From Bacillota bacterium (lineage in GTDB: Bacteria > Bacillota > Sulfobacillia > DUSP01 > DYEP01), in the NCBI GenBank assembly GCA_040755615.1, contig JBFMAL010000008.1, positions 4,693 through 68,692 on the forward strand: a stretch of DNA of 64,000 nucleotides, read 5' to 3'. Below, one piece after another: positions 8,873-18,317 of the stretch. The translations under genes and the position numbers were made by a program. The notes under the pieces are model-generated. The model worked only from the letters and a program-made list of their open reading frames with translations, searched no databases and had not been told where the DNA came from. Position 1 is the first letter of the stretch. Each line of letters begins with the position of its first letter.

Positions 8873-10149
8873 AAACAGCCATTACGGGGGGCACGCTCAT
8901 CACGCAGGACCCCCGCACCGGGGTTGTAGACGGGGGCACGGTGATCATCGAAGACGGCACTATTACCGAGGTGTTGCCAGAAGGCTCTGTATTTTCGGCC
9001 GACGTGACAATTGACGCAAGCGGATGCGCGGTGATACCCGGGTTTATAAACGCGCATACCCACGCCGCCATGACTCTTTTCCGGGGCTACGCCGACGATC
9101 TGCCGCTTTTTGCCTGGCTCCGCGAACGGATCTGGCCTGTGGAGGCGCGCCTTAGTGCCGAGCATGTTTACCACGGCACGCGGCTTGCCATAGCGGAAAT
9201 GCTACTTTCGGGGATCACCTGCTTTGCTGATATGTATTTTGAAATGGACGCCGTAGCGCAGGCTGTGCGCGAGTCGGGCATCAGAGCGGTGCTGGCGAGG
9301 GGCATGATCGCGGACAGCGCGAGCAGTTCCATGGCTGAGGCTATAGAGTTATTCCTGAAGTATCATGGCAAACACCGCATCCAGGTAATGCTGGGTCCGC
9401 ACGCGCCCTACACCTGTCCTCCGGACTTTTTGGTTGAGGTGGCAAAGGAGGCTTTGAGTCTTGGTGCCCGTGTACATATTCACCTCGCTGAGACTGCGGC
9501 GGAAGTAGAGGAGATGAAGGAGAAGTATGGGCGGCGGCCGGCAGAGATCCTGGTAGACTCGGGCCTCACGCAAGCTGGACTTCTGTGTGCACACTGCGTC
9601 CACGTGGACAAGGAGGAAATCCGGGTGCTGGCGGAGGCGGGGGCGGGCATCGCGCTTTGCCCTGTGAGCAACGCCAAACTGGCAGCAGGATTTCCCCCGG
9701 TGACCGCCTGGCTGGGCTCCGGCACCGGGGTGGGCCTTGGTACCGATGGGGCCGGTTCAGCAGGCAGGCTTGACCTTTTTGACGCTATGCGGGCTGCATC
9801 CTTCGGCGAAAAGCTAGCGTCAATGGACCCGCGAAGGGCCAGTGCGGCAGAATTGTTGACTGCGGCCACCTCTGGGGGCGCGAGGGCGCTCGGTATCGAC
9901 CACATCGCGGGCTCCATCACCACAGGAAAGATCGCGGACTTGGTGGTAGTGGACCTTGATACCCCATGGACCCAGCCCGTACATGACCCGGTGTCCACGC
10001 TGGTGTATGCAGCGACGGCAGAAAACGTAAGGCACGTGTTCGTGGAGGGTCAGCAGCTTGTGAAAGACAGGGCGCTCACCTACGCAGACGTAGAGGACAT
10101 CTTGGAAAGTGCAAAAAGTGCGGCCTGTTCGCTGTTTTACAGTAGGTGA
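8869..10149 (+). CDS. mtaD: 5-methylthioadenosine / S-adenosylhomocysteine deaminase (amidohydrolase superfamily)
   Basis: GFINAHTHAAMTLFRGYADDLPLFAWL with an HxH metal site, ...HLAE..., ...GLGTDGAGS.... It is ATGA-coupled to ahcY. Confidence 0.85.
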   Translation: MKTAITGGTLITQDPRTGVVDGGTVIIEDGTITEVLPEGSVFSADVTIDASGCAVIPGFINAHTHAAMTLFRGYADDLPLFAWLRERIWPVEARLSAEHVYHGTRLAIAEMLLSGITCFADMYFEMDAVAQAVRESGIRAVLARGMIADSASSSMAEAIELFLKYHGKHRIQVMLGPHAPYTCPPDFLVEVAKEALSLGARVHIHLAETAAEVEEMKEKYGRRPAEILVDSGLTQAGLLCAHCVHVDKEEIRVLAEAGAGIALCPVSNAKLAAGFPPVTAWLGSGTGVGLGTDGAGSAGRLDLFDAMRAASFGEKLASMDPRRASAAELLTAATSGGARALGIDHIAGSITTGKIADLVVVDLDTPWTQPVHDPVSTLVYAATAENVRHVFVEGQQLVKDRALTYADVEDILESAKSAACSLFYSR

Positions 10150-10154
10150 CCCTT

Positions 10155-10820
10155 ATGTTCGACCCGGTGATCTTTGACATGGACGGTACGCTGGTGGACT
10201 CGTTCGAAGCTATTCTGTTGGCATTCAATCATGCCATGGAAAAGATGGGACGACCCAAAGTCACGCACGACGAACTGCTGCCCGTGATCGGGGTTGCGCT
10301 GAAGGACATCTTCAGGCTTTACCTGCCCGAAGAGCGCGTAGGCGAGGCTGTGGATCATTACAGAACATACCAGGCCGGCATCATCCTGCAGCGCACACGC
10401 GTCCTGGATGGTGTGTTGCTGACTCTTCAGGAGCTCTTCAAGATGGGCGTGACCATGGGCGTAGTGACGAATAAGCCGGTTGATGTTGCACTGAGAGTAC
10501 TGGACCACGTGAAGCTCGGGAGGTTCTTTGGAGCTGTGGTAGGCGTGGATGAGGTGAGCCGACCCAAGCCAGACCCCGAAGGGCTGTACCTTTGTCTGAG
10601 CCGTCTCGGCAAGACTGCAGCGCAATGCCTTTACGTGGGCGACTCCCACATCGACATGGACACGGCGCTGGCCGCGGGCGTGGAATTCCGGCTCGTACCC
10701 ACAGGAGCCGTGGGTGCAGACGATCTCAGGCGCCGCGCTAAGCAGCGGGTGATTTCGGGGCTCCCCGAGCTCTTAGAGTGTTACTGCCGCAACGATAACG
10801 ACTGCAGCGACCAGCGCTAA
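10155..10820 (+). CDS. HAD-IA family hydrolase (phosphoglycolate phosphatase-like)
   Basis: MFDPVIFDMDGTLVDS (DxDGT motif I) and VVTNK (motif II). A GTG at 10146 is an alternative start. The 3' end overlaps the convergent DUF401 gene by about 48 nt. Confidence 0.8.
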   Translation: MFDPVIFDMDGTLVDSFEAILLAFNHAMEKMGRPKVTHDELLPVIGVALKDIFRLYLPEERVGEAVDHYRTYQAGIILQRTRVLDGVLLTLQELFKMGVTMGVVTNKPVDVALRVLDHVKLGRFFGAVVGVDEVSRPKPDPEGLYLCLSRLGKTAAQCLYVGDSHIDMDTALAAGVEFRLVPTGAVGADDLRRRAKQRVISGLPELLECYCRNDNDCSDQR

Positions 10821-11969
10821 CAACGAGGGAAGGTATTTCAGGAACACCTTCCACGGGCGTACACCGAAATACTGGCAAGTGAGCAGCTGGCATAAGTGGA
10901 TCGGAGATGTCATGTAAGATATGAAGGACGCCGAGTACGCGAGCATAGCGTAGGTCGCTGGTGCACTCTTGGCGAACGGAATGAGGATGGGAAAGGAGAC
11001 TGCCACGGTAACGGAAACGGAGCCGGTGATGAACCCCAGAAGCAGCGGTATGAGGAAAAACAAAAGAGACTTGCTGACTCCAGAGTCGATCAGCGCGCCG
11101 ATCAGGGAACCGACCGCTTGTGCCTCCTGTACCATGCCCCTGAAGATCATGATGGCCAGCATCGAAAGTGATGTCCACCAGTCAACGAAACCGAGCGCGC
11201 TGCGGGTCGAGACCTGTTTACGCGCCTGGATAAGCGCCACAGCTGCTCCCATGCCTAGGCTCAGGGGCAAGGTGGTAGACAGCGCACCGAAAGTAGCAAG
11301 CGCTACCAGGATGGGCGCTGCGCTGGACACAAAGGAGCGCGCAGCGTCCCTGAAGGGCGCAAAGCGCTCACTGTCCGGGTTCTTGCTGCCGCCAAGGAGA
11401 GTAAAATACGCGGTGATAATTGCCGCCAGCGCCGCGGGCATATTCATCAGTACGAGCCTGTAGAGGTCCAACTCCCAGAGCCGGGAGGCAAGAATCAGCC
11501 CCGGCATAAACGGAAACACCAAAAAACAGGCGTGCCTGAAGACCAGGTTCGCGGCGGATTTGGTCTCCGGGTCAAGACTCATCTTGTCTCCGAGCGCATC
11601 TACCATGGGAGCCGAGAGCGCAGCGCCCCCGAGCACGGGCATGGTACCGATAAGCGCAGGCGTAAGCATGATGGCCGCCCTATTGCTCCTCACCATGTCC
11701 CGGAGGGAGTTGACCATTGAATCAAGCCGGCCAGTTTTCTTCATACAGTTCCCGATTAAACTAATGAACACAACAGACAAAGCCAGCTCCCATGTGGTGT
11801 AGGAGGTGAAAGCGCTGCTTGTGACATTGAGCAACCTCGCTGCACTATAGCGGGATGCAAGAGCGATGATAGAAGCGCCCGCGAGCATTGCAGAGCCCAT
11901 GTGTACCTTCCTAGTGACAAGTACGATGATGACGACAAATGCAAAAGCCACGCCCAGCGCTTCAGTCAT
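10773..11969 (-). CDS. DUF401-like polytopic membrane protein
   Basis: About 399 aa starting MTEALGVAFAFVVIIVLV, after a GGAGAAGAGGTG RBS (reverse complement of 11972-11990). The longer ORF to 12497 overlaps the divergent phosphatase gene and is rejected. Confidence 0.7.
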   Translation of the reverse strand: MTEALGVAFAFVVIIVLVTRKVHMGSAMLAGASIIALASRYSAARLLNVTSSAFTSYTTWELALSVVFISLIGNCMKKTGRLDSMVNSLRDMVRSNRAAIMLTPALIGTMPVLGGAALSAPMVDALGDKMSLDPETKSAANLVFRHACFLVFPFMPGLILASRLWELDLYRLVLMNMPAALAAIITAYFTLLGGSKNPDSERFAPFRDAARSFVSSAAPILVALATFGALSTTLPLSLGMGAAVALIQARKQVSTRSALGFVDWWTSLSMLAIMIFRGMVQEAQAVGSLIGALIDSGVSKSLLFFLIPLLLGFITGSVSVTVAVSFPILIPFAKSAPATYAMLAYSASFISYMTSPIHLCQLLTCQYFGVRPWKVFLKYLPSLLALVAAVVIVAAVTL

Positions 11970-12048
11970 TTCTGCACCTCTTCTCCTTGGCAGATACAAT
12001 TTCGACCATATGACGGTTTTTCCTTTTGGACACATGACAAAGGAGGTG

Positions 12049-12657
12049 ATGCACTTGGGGCTGATCCATATCGTAAGGCACGGCGAAACGTCGTACAACA
12101 GGCAGGGCCGCTTCCAGGGCCAGCTGGATGTGCCGCTGTCAGCAGAAGGGCTACGCCAGGCGGAGAAGCTGGCGCAGCGTCTCGCGCCCGACCGAATTGA
12201 TACCGTGTTTTCGAGCGACCTGATGAGAGCGCGCGTCACCGCTATCCGCATTGCCGAGGCAACGGGCGCCAAGATCATCACCGACCCCCGTCTCCGCGAA
12301 CTTGATGTATCGAGGTGGTCCGGGCTTACCCTGCATGAGGTGCAAGAGCAATTCCCGCAGGACCTGGTTGAGTGGAAACGGAAACCGCTCGATATCAGTC
12401 CGCACGGGGGAGAGACCATCGTGGGCATGGCGGAGAGAATCCGGGCATTCATCGCTGAGCACTCCTGGGAAGGAAATGCCACATACGTTATCGTCACGCA
12501 TGGTCATGCCATTAAGGTGCTCCTCTGTCTCATACTGGGCATGGATCTATCACTCAAAGACCGGTTCTGGGCGGACAACGCTTCGCTCACCACAGTGTGG
12601 GTAAATGACGGCACTGCCCGGCTCATGCTGCTCAATGACACGTGTCACCTCGCGTAG
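12049..12657 (+). CDS. Histidine phosphatase family protein (phosphoglycerate mutase-like; CobC / GpmB-like)
   Basis: LIHIVRHGETSYNRQGRFQGQLDVPLS carries the RHGE catalytic motif; ...VTHGHAI.... ATG at 12049 after AGGAGGTG. Confidence 0.8.
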   Translation: MHLGLIHIVRHGETSYNRQGRFQGQLDVPLSAEGLRQAEKLAQRLAPDRIDTVFSSDLMRARVTAIRIAEATGAKIITDPRLRELDVSRWSGLTLHEVQEQFPQDLVEWKRKPLDISPHGGETIVGMAERIRAFIAEHSWEGNATYVIVTHGHAIKVLLCLILGMDLSLKDRFWADNASLTTVWVNDGTARLMLLNDTCHLA

Positions 12658-12684
12658 AATACGATTTTTGTGAGGTGATGAAGC

Positions 12685-13116
12685 ATGCTCAGGATGGGAG
12701 TTGTGCTTGCGCTGGTGCTTTGCACCGTATTGCTTCAGGCTGTGCTGTTTTCCGCGCTCTATCTTGCTTGGGCCCAGCGTGTGGTTGACGTCGCCCTGGT
12801 TATTGACATCTTTTTGCAACGTGAATCAGTTTGGCTCATCGGGATATCCGCTGCCGGGGGTATGTTATTAGCAACTCTTTTGAGCCGGGTGCTCCCGGTA
12901 CACTTTGTCACGGGGTTTACGGGAGGGACCGTGAGTTCGCTTCTCGCCACTTTGTACCTCGCACGCTCTGCGATGCCCGGAAGACCCCTCCCCGAGACAG
13001 TCCTCCGGCTGTATCCGGACCTGGCGGTGGCAATCTTCCCGTGCGCCGTATCTGTCGCCTTGTTCAACTTCCTTTTTCACCTGAAGGCAGGTACGGGAAA
13101 AGGTTGGGAAGAATAG
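12685..13116 (+). CDS. Small hypothetical membrane protein (4 predicted TM helices)
   Basis: 143-aa hydrophobic ORF in the gap between the phosphatase gene and dinG. I do not recognise a family. Confidence 0.45.
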   Translation: MLRMGVVLALVLCTVLLQAVLFSALYLAWAQRVVDVALVIDIFLQRESVWLIGISAAGGMLLATLLSRVLPVHFVTGFTGGTVSSLLATLYLARSAMPGRPLPETVLRLYPDLAVAIFPCAVSVALFNFLFHLKAGTGKGWEE

Positions 13117-13158
13117 ATGTAAAGACGCGTCACACCGTATGACAAAGGTGGTAGATTC

Positions 13159-15912
13159 TTGCAAAGGCTTAACCGATTTGTTGCTTTGGACGTGGAGACG
13201 ACCGGGCTGTCGCCGGAGGGTGATCAGATCATCCAGGTTGGAGCAGTGCGCTTCGAACACGGGGAGAGCGTGGACGAGATGGTACTCCTTGTGAACCCCG
13301 GCGGCGGACTGTCTCAGGCGGTCGTCACCCTGACCGGCATCACCCGAAAGATGCTTGAGGGCGCGCCGAGCGCTGCACGCGCCAAAGCCGCGCTCCGCGA
13401 ATTCATCGGCGCCGACCCGATTGTGGCTCATAACGTTGACTTTCACATCGGTTTCCTAGTGCGGGTCGACCCGTGGTTTGCTGGGGTGACTGCGGTAGAT
13501 ATGATTGACTTCGCCCGAGTGGCCATACCGGACCTGGCGAGCTATAGCCTTCAGTCCATTTCTGGCACGCTGGGTATAAGTCAGCCCCGCTCCCACGACG
13601 CTCTCGAGCACGCACGGGCGTGCGGCCTGGCATTTCTTCGTCTTGTCGATGTACTCCTGACGTGTGAAGCCGGGATGCTTCAGGGTGCGGGACATCTGCT
13701 TGAGTCAGGCGGATTGGCTGCAGGAAGGCTGCTAGTTGAGCTCGCGCAGGAGGCCAGGGGGCGTCCGCAGCCTGACCGTGAGGCGAACCCCGAACCGTTA
13801 AAGCCCCTGGATAACCCCGCGGAAGTGGACCCGAAAGAGTGTATGGCGCTGCTTCAGGCAGGCGGTCCGCTAGCAGCCGAGATTCCATGTTTTGAGGTGC
13901 GCCCGGGACAACTAGCTATGGCGCGGCTCATCTGCCAGGCCTTCAGGGAACAGCGCCACCTCATGGTGGAGGCGGGTACCGGTACCGGGAAGTCCCTGGC
14001 GTACCTGGTACCCAGCGTACTTCACGCTGTGGCCACAGGAGAGAGAGTGGTGATCGCCACTCACACGCTGAACCTTCAGGAGCAGCTATTCAATAAGGAC
14101 ATCCCGCTGCTCAGTCAAGTCACGGCGAAGGAGTTCCGGGTGGCGTGCATTAAGGGAAGAAACAACTACCTTTGCCGGAGGAAGTGGGCAAGCGCTGTGA
14201 CGGAAGCTGCACTCGTGCGCGACAAGGACCGGGCAAGGCTGCTTGCATGGCTGTTCTCCTGGGGGTCGCGCACAAAGACCGGCGAGCGGCAGGAGATAAA
14301 CCTCCCCGCGTCGGCTGACGACCTCTGGCAGGAGCTGGCCTCTGATACCTCCAGCTGCGCGGGCGCCAGGTGCCTGGCCAGGAAATCATGTTTTGTGGGC
14401 GCTGCCCGAGCTCAGGCCGCAGCTTCCCATCTCGTGATCACCAATCATTCGCTGCTCTTCTCTGACTTCAAAACGGACAACCAGGTGCTCCCGAGATACA
14501 GCAGGCTGGTGGTGGATGAAGCCCACCACCTCGAGGAGGCTGCGACCAGGCACCTCGGTACGGAACTGGACTTTTATCATATCGCCAGTACACTGTCGGC
14601 CGACGGCTATTTGCTCTCGCTAAAGGGGCGAATATCAGGAAGCCGCGCGTTTTCCTCGAAAGTGAAGGCAGCCCTGCTGGAGGCGATAGACAGCAGCCAG
14701 AAAGCCGCCCGGTCTGCTGTGACGGCGCTTACTGACCTCGGCTCAGCGCTTGTCAGCATCTGTTTCGGCGACCGGCAGGAGGACGTACGTACCCGGAGGA
14801 TCTTGCCTGACACCTTCGCAAAGATGCCAAAAGACGCAGATGTGGCGCTGGAGAACACAGGTTACTGGCTTAATAAACTCTTTCAAGAAATGGAGGAAGG
14901 CGCGCTCGCGATCGAAGACACCGACGACACGGATGCCGGATGTATACAGGCGGAAATGACAAACTTGGCCCAAGAGCTCTCAGAGTGGTGCCGACTCCTG
15001 CCCGAGCTGATCACCGCCCAAGACCCTGCCAGCGTGTACTGGGCTGACTGGTACCCTGCACGGGGCGCTCTTGGCATACACCTGCACGCCGCCCCGGTCG
15101 AAGTAGGCCCGCTGTTGCGCCAGCTTTTATTCGACAACTTGAAGACCGTGATCCTAACATCTGCGACCCTCAGCGTGGAAGGACGGTTTTCCTACGCCGC
15201 CTCAAGGCTTGGTCTTGAGGATTGTGAACGCTTTGATTTTCACCAGGTGCCAAGCAACTTCTCTTACAAGGAACAGGCGCTTCTTCTGGTCGTCGATGAT
15301 CTGCCAGACCCTAACTTGACGAGGGAGTTCTCTGACGCTGTGGCGGCTTTCTTGCTGAACCTCGGCAGGGCCCTAAAAGGAAGGACCCTGGTGCTGTTCA
15401 CCTCGCACCGGATGCTGAAGGACGTGGCGCAAAAGATTCGCCTCGACTATACCGGGCTTGGCATAGAACTGCTTGCGCAGGGAGTAGACGGGGCGCGCCG
15501 CCATCTCACCGAGCAGTTCAGGGCCAACTCCTGCTCGATCCTGTTCGGGTCCGCCTCATTCTGGGAAGGAGTGGACCTGCCAGGCGAGGAACTGGTATGT
15601 GTTGTGCTGGTTCGTCTGCCTTTCTGGCCGCCTGATGTACCGGTGGTACAGGCGAGGATGGAAGCCATCGCGGGGCGCGGAGGCGACCCTTTCCGGGAGT
15701 ACTCGCTCCCTGAGGCGGTCATCCGGTTCAAGCAGGGATTCGGGCGCCTCATCCGTACCGCCTCGGACAGAGGTGCAGTGGTCGTACTTGACCCCAGGAT
15801 GACGAGGGCGAGGTACAGCCGCGTGTTTGTCTCCTCCCTCCCTGGGCCGATGTGCGTTCGGGTGTCTGCCCGGCAGAGCATTCCCACGCTTCTTGAGTGG
15901 CTAAGGAGTTGA
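13159..15912 (+). CDS. dinG: DinG-family ATP-dependent DNA helicase with N-terminal DnaQ-like 3'-5' exonuclease domain
   Basis: N-terminal exonuclease motif FVALDVETTGL.... Helicase motifs AGTGTGKSLAYL and ...VVDEAHHLEEAA... (DEAH), and a C-terminal helicase domain. TTG start at 13159 after AAAGGTGG. Confidence 0.9.
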   Translation: MQRLNRFVALDVETTGLSPEGDQIIQVGAVRFEHGESVDEMVLLVNPGGGLSQAVVTLTGITRKMLEGAPSAARAKAALREFIGADPIVAHNVDFHIGFLVRVDPWFAGVTAVDMIDFARVAIPDLASYSLQSISGTLGISQPRSHDALEHARACGLAFLRLVDVLLTCEAGMLQGAGHLLESGGLAAGRLLVELAQEARGRPQPDREANPEPLKPLDNPAEVDPKECMALLQAGGPLAAEIPCFEVRPGQLAMARLICQAFREQRHLMVEAGTGTGKSLAYLVPSVLHAVATGERVVIATHTLNLQEQLFNKDIPLLSQVTAKEFRVACIKGRNNYLCRRKWASAVTEAALVRDKDRARLLAWLFSWGSRTKTGERQEINLPASADDLWQELASDTSSCAGARCLARKSCFVGAARAQAAASHLVITNHSLLFSDFKTDNQVLPRYSRLVVDEAHHLEEAATRHLGTELDFYHIASTLSADGYLLSLKGRISGSRAFSSKVKAALLEAIDSSQKAARSAVTALTDLGSALVSICFGDRQEDVRTRRILPDTFAKMPKDADVALENTGYWLNKLFQEMEEGALAIEDTDDTDAGCIQAEMTNLAQELSEWCRLLPELITAQDPASVYWADWYPARGALGIHLHAAPVEVGPLLRQLLFDNLKTVILTSATLSVEGRFSYAASRLGLEDCERFDFHQVPSNFSYKEQALLLVVDDLPDPNLTREFSDAVAAFLLNLGRALKGRTLVLFTSHRMLKDVAQKIRLDYTGLGIELLAQGVDGARRHLTEQFRANSCSILFGSASFWEGVDLPGEELVCVVLVRLPFWPPDVPVVQARMEAIAGRGGDPFREYSLPEAVIRFKQGFGRLIRTASDRGAVVVLDPRMTRARYSRVFVSSLPGPMCVRVSARQSIPTLLEWLRS

Positions 15913-15918
15913 CGAAAA

Positions 15919-16701
15919 ATGATGGTGCTTTTGACGAATGACGACGGCTATCAGGCGGATGGTCTGAGGGCGCTTACAGAGGCCTTTACCGCGGCAGAAG
16001 ACTTCTCTCCGTACGTGGTGGCGCCTGACAGGGAGCGCAGCGCCACGAGCCACGCTATCACCATGCACAAGCCCCTCATAGTAAATGAACACTGCAAGGA
16101 GGGCTGCGCTACCTGGGTGGTTTCGGGCACGCCGGCCGACTGCGTCAAGCTGGCCGTGGAAGCGCTGCTGCCTGAAAAACCCGCCCTCGTCATATCTGGC
16201 ATCAACCGGGGCGCCAACCTCGGAAACGATATCCTTTACTCAGGGACGGTTTCCGCGGCCATTGAAGGTACGCTGCTTTCCATACCCTCCGTCGCCATAT
16301 CGCTCTGTTCGCGCGACGCTGGGGATTTCAGTGTGGCGGCTGCATTCGGAGTAAGGCTTGCCAGGCTGGTCGTGGCCAACGGGCTGCCGCCATCCACGCT
16401 CCTGAATGTGAATGTGCCGGGTATCCCGGCAGACCGGATAAAGGGTGTGAGGGTCACTTTTCTGGGCACGCGCAGGTACCAGAACGTGTTCGACCGTAGG
16501 GTTGACCCAAGGGGAAGAGTGTACTACTGGATGGCGGGAGACGCGTGCGATGAAGAAGAGAGCGAGGACACAGACGTAACAGCAACGCTGTGCGGGTATA
16601 TATCCTTAACACCCGTGAAGATCGATCTCACTGCGCGCGATTTCATGGAAGAACTAAGACACTGGAATCTGAATCCGAATGAAGGGGTAAAAGATGGCTA
16701 A
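15919..16701 (+). CDS. surE: 5'/3'-nucleotidase SurE
   Basis: MMVLLTNDDGYQADGLRAL...SGINRGANLGNDILYSGTV are the canonical SurE motifs. Confidence 0.9.
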   Translation: MMVLLTNDDGYQADGLRALTEAFTAAEDFSPYVVAPDRERSATSHAITMHKPLIVNEHCKEGCATWVVSGTPADCVKLAVEALLPEKPALVISGINRGANLGNDILYSGTVSAAIEGTLLSIPSVAISLCSRDAGDFSVAAAFGVRLARLVVANGLPPSTLLNVNVPGIPADRIKGVRVTFLGTRRYQNVFDRRVDPRGRVYYWMAGDACDEEESEDTDVTATLCGYISLTPVKIDLTARDFMEELRHWNLNPNEGVKDG

Positions 16702-17758
16702 AGCCGCACTTTTGTACGACGAGCGTTTCCATCTGCACGAGACTGGGGCGCATCCGGAAAACCCGGTTCGGTTGAAAAGGACGATCGAATTGTTTCGGAG
16801 CCGCGGTGTGATGGACCTCCTCGAACGACCCGAGATCAGCCCTGCAGGTGAGGAATTGCTTGAGATGGTACATACAAGGCCGTACATAAACCAGGTACAA
16901 CGCTTCGCCATGGCCGGCGGAGGGTTCATGGGGATCGATACGATCATCAGCCCGCAGTCGTACGAGGTGGCGTGCCTGGCAGCGGGCGCGTGCCATACAG
17001 CAGTGGATTTGGTGCTGGACGGGGCTGCAGCTAACGCATTTTGTCTGGTACGACCGCCCGGTCACCACGCGGACTCAGCGCGCGGTTCGGGGTTCTGCAT
17101 ATTCAATAACGTAGCGCTGGCGGCACGGTACGCATTAAGCAAGCGCGGGCTGACAAGGGTGCTGATCCTGGACTGGGACGTACACCATGGCAACGGCACT
17201 GAAGTCATCTTCTACCAGGATCCCCGCGTCTTATACTTTTCAATCCATCAGAGTCCGGCCTATCCTGGGACAGGTTGGGTATCCGACCGGGGCGTTGGAG
17301 CAGGTGAGGGATTCAATGTGAACGTACCGCTCCCATATGGCGTAGGCGACGAAGGCTATATATATGTCATGAAGAAGCTGTTCTTGCCCATAGCTCTTGA
17401 GTTTGGGCCCCAGTTGATCCTCGTGTCCGCGGGGCAGGATAGCCACTTCGCGGATTATCTGGGCGGTATGGAGGTAACGAGCGCGGGGTTTTCGGCGATA
17501 ACAGAGGTGGTACTGGAGGTCGCTGGGTGCAGGTGCCCCGGCAGAGTGGTCGCTGTGCTTGAAGGCGGGTACAATCCTGAGGCGCTCGCCACGAGCAACT
17601 TGGCGATCGTGAACGCGATGGGCGGGCTGGATCTAGACGTGGCGGACGTCTTTCCTCCTCCATCCGTTCCACTCAGCGACGAGGTGGCGAAGAGGGCTGA
17701 AGAGGTCGCCATGGCTCAGGCGGGCTACTGGGGGTGCATGAAGCGGTTCAGGAAATAG
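16694..17758 (+). CDS. Histone deacetylase-family (arginase/deacetylase fold) protein, AcuC / HDAC class I/II-like
   Basis: ...CLVRPPGHHADSARGSGFCIFNNVA...DWDVHHGNGTE...GGYN carry the HDAC zinc-site motifs. The start overlaps the surE stop. Confidence 0.85.
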   Translation: MAKAALLYDERFHLHETGAHPENPVRLKRTIELFRSRGVMDLLERPEISPAGEELLEMVHTRPYINQVQRFAMAGGGFMGIDTIISPQSYEVACLAAGACHTAVDLVLDGAAANAFCLVRPPGHHADSARGSGFCIFNNVALAARYALSKRGLTRVLILDWDVHHGNGTEVIFYQDPRVLYFSIHQSPAYPGTGWVSDRGVGAGEGFNVNVPLPYGVGDEGYIYVMKKLFLPIALEFGPQLILVSAGQDSHFADYLGGMEVTSAGFSAITEVVLEVAGCRCPGRVVAVLEGGYNPEALATSNLAIVNAMGGLDLDVADVFPPPSVPLSDEVAKRAEEVAMAQAGYWGCMKRFRK

Positions 17759-17903
17759 TCGAACAGAAGAGAACTTGCTGGTTTGAGCACAGCCTGCAGC
17801 GGCCGTGGACAGTCGCGTCGCTTCGCCATGCCGAGTCATAATGCCCCCCTCGACGAATAGATTTAGTACCGGAGAGAAACAGCGCCTGGAGGTGAATTGC
17901 GTC

Positions 17904-18305
17904 GTGAAGACTGCGAGGTGGCGGGGCAGGGACTCAAGTCCTGATCGTTCATTCGCACTGTCGGGCGTTGTGTCAGGTACGGTGCTTGCCATCGGGTTGA
18001 CCCTGATATTCGCCGTGGTCCTTTCCCTGATCCTGACGTTCAGTTCAGTAACAGAGAAGCATCTTCCGCTGATCGCAAACGCCGGGGGGCTGATCAGCGT
18101 TGCGGTAGGCGGGGCGTACGCCGCGAGGCGTTCAGAGTCCAGGGGCTGGCTGCACGGCGGAATCACCGGGGTAATGTTTATCATCGTCACATTGATAGTC
18201 GGGTCTGTACTCTTCCCTGGACTTGCCCTGGCGCTGGCCGTGCGCCGGGCCGCGGTGGCATTCGCAGTCGGCGCCATAGGGGGGGTTGTGGGAGTAAACA
18301 TCTAG
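17904..18305 (+). CDS. Small membrane protein (TIGR04086 / YrzE-like)
   Basis: About 134 aa with 4 TM helices and a Gly/Ala-rich C-terminus (AVGAIGGVVGVNI). GTG start at 17904 after GGAGGTG. The start is uncertain. Confidence 0.45.
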   Translation: MKTARWRGRDSSPDRSFALSGVVSGTVLAIGLTLIFAVVLSLILTFSSVTEKHLPLIANAGGLISVAVGGAYAARRSESRGWLHGGITGVMFIIVTLIVGSVLFPGLALALAVRRAAVAFAVGAIGGVVGVNI

Positions 18306-18317
18306 AGGTGGTTACGC

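Noticed and set aside
11970-12497. N-terminal extension of the minus-strand DUF401 ORF (to 574 aa)
   Set aside because: The extension is low-complexity (Ser/Arg/Cys-rich) and overlaps the well-supported histidine-phosphatase gene on the other strand. An internal ATG with a strong RBS gives a typical membrane-protein start.
17633-18301. 222-aa minus-strand ORF
   Set aside because: Antisense to the HDAC 3' end and the small membrane protein. Pro/Ala/Thr-rich.
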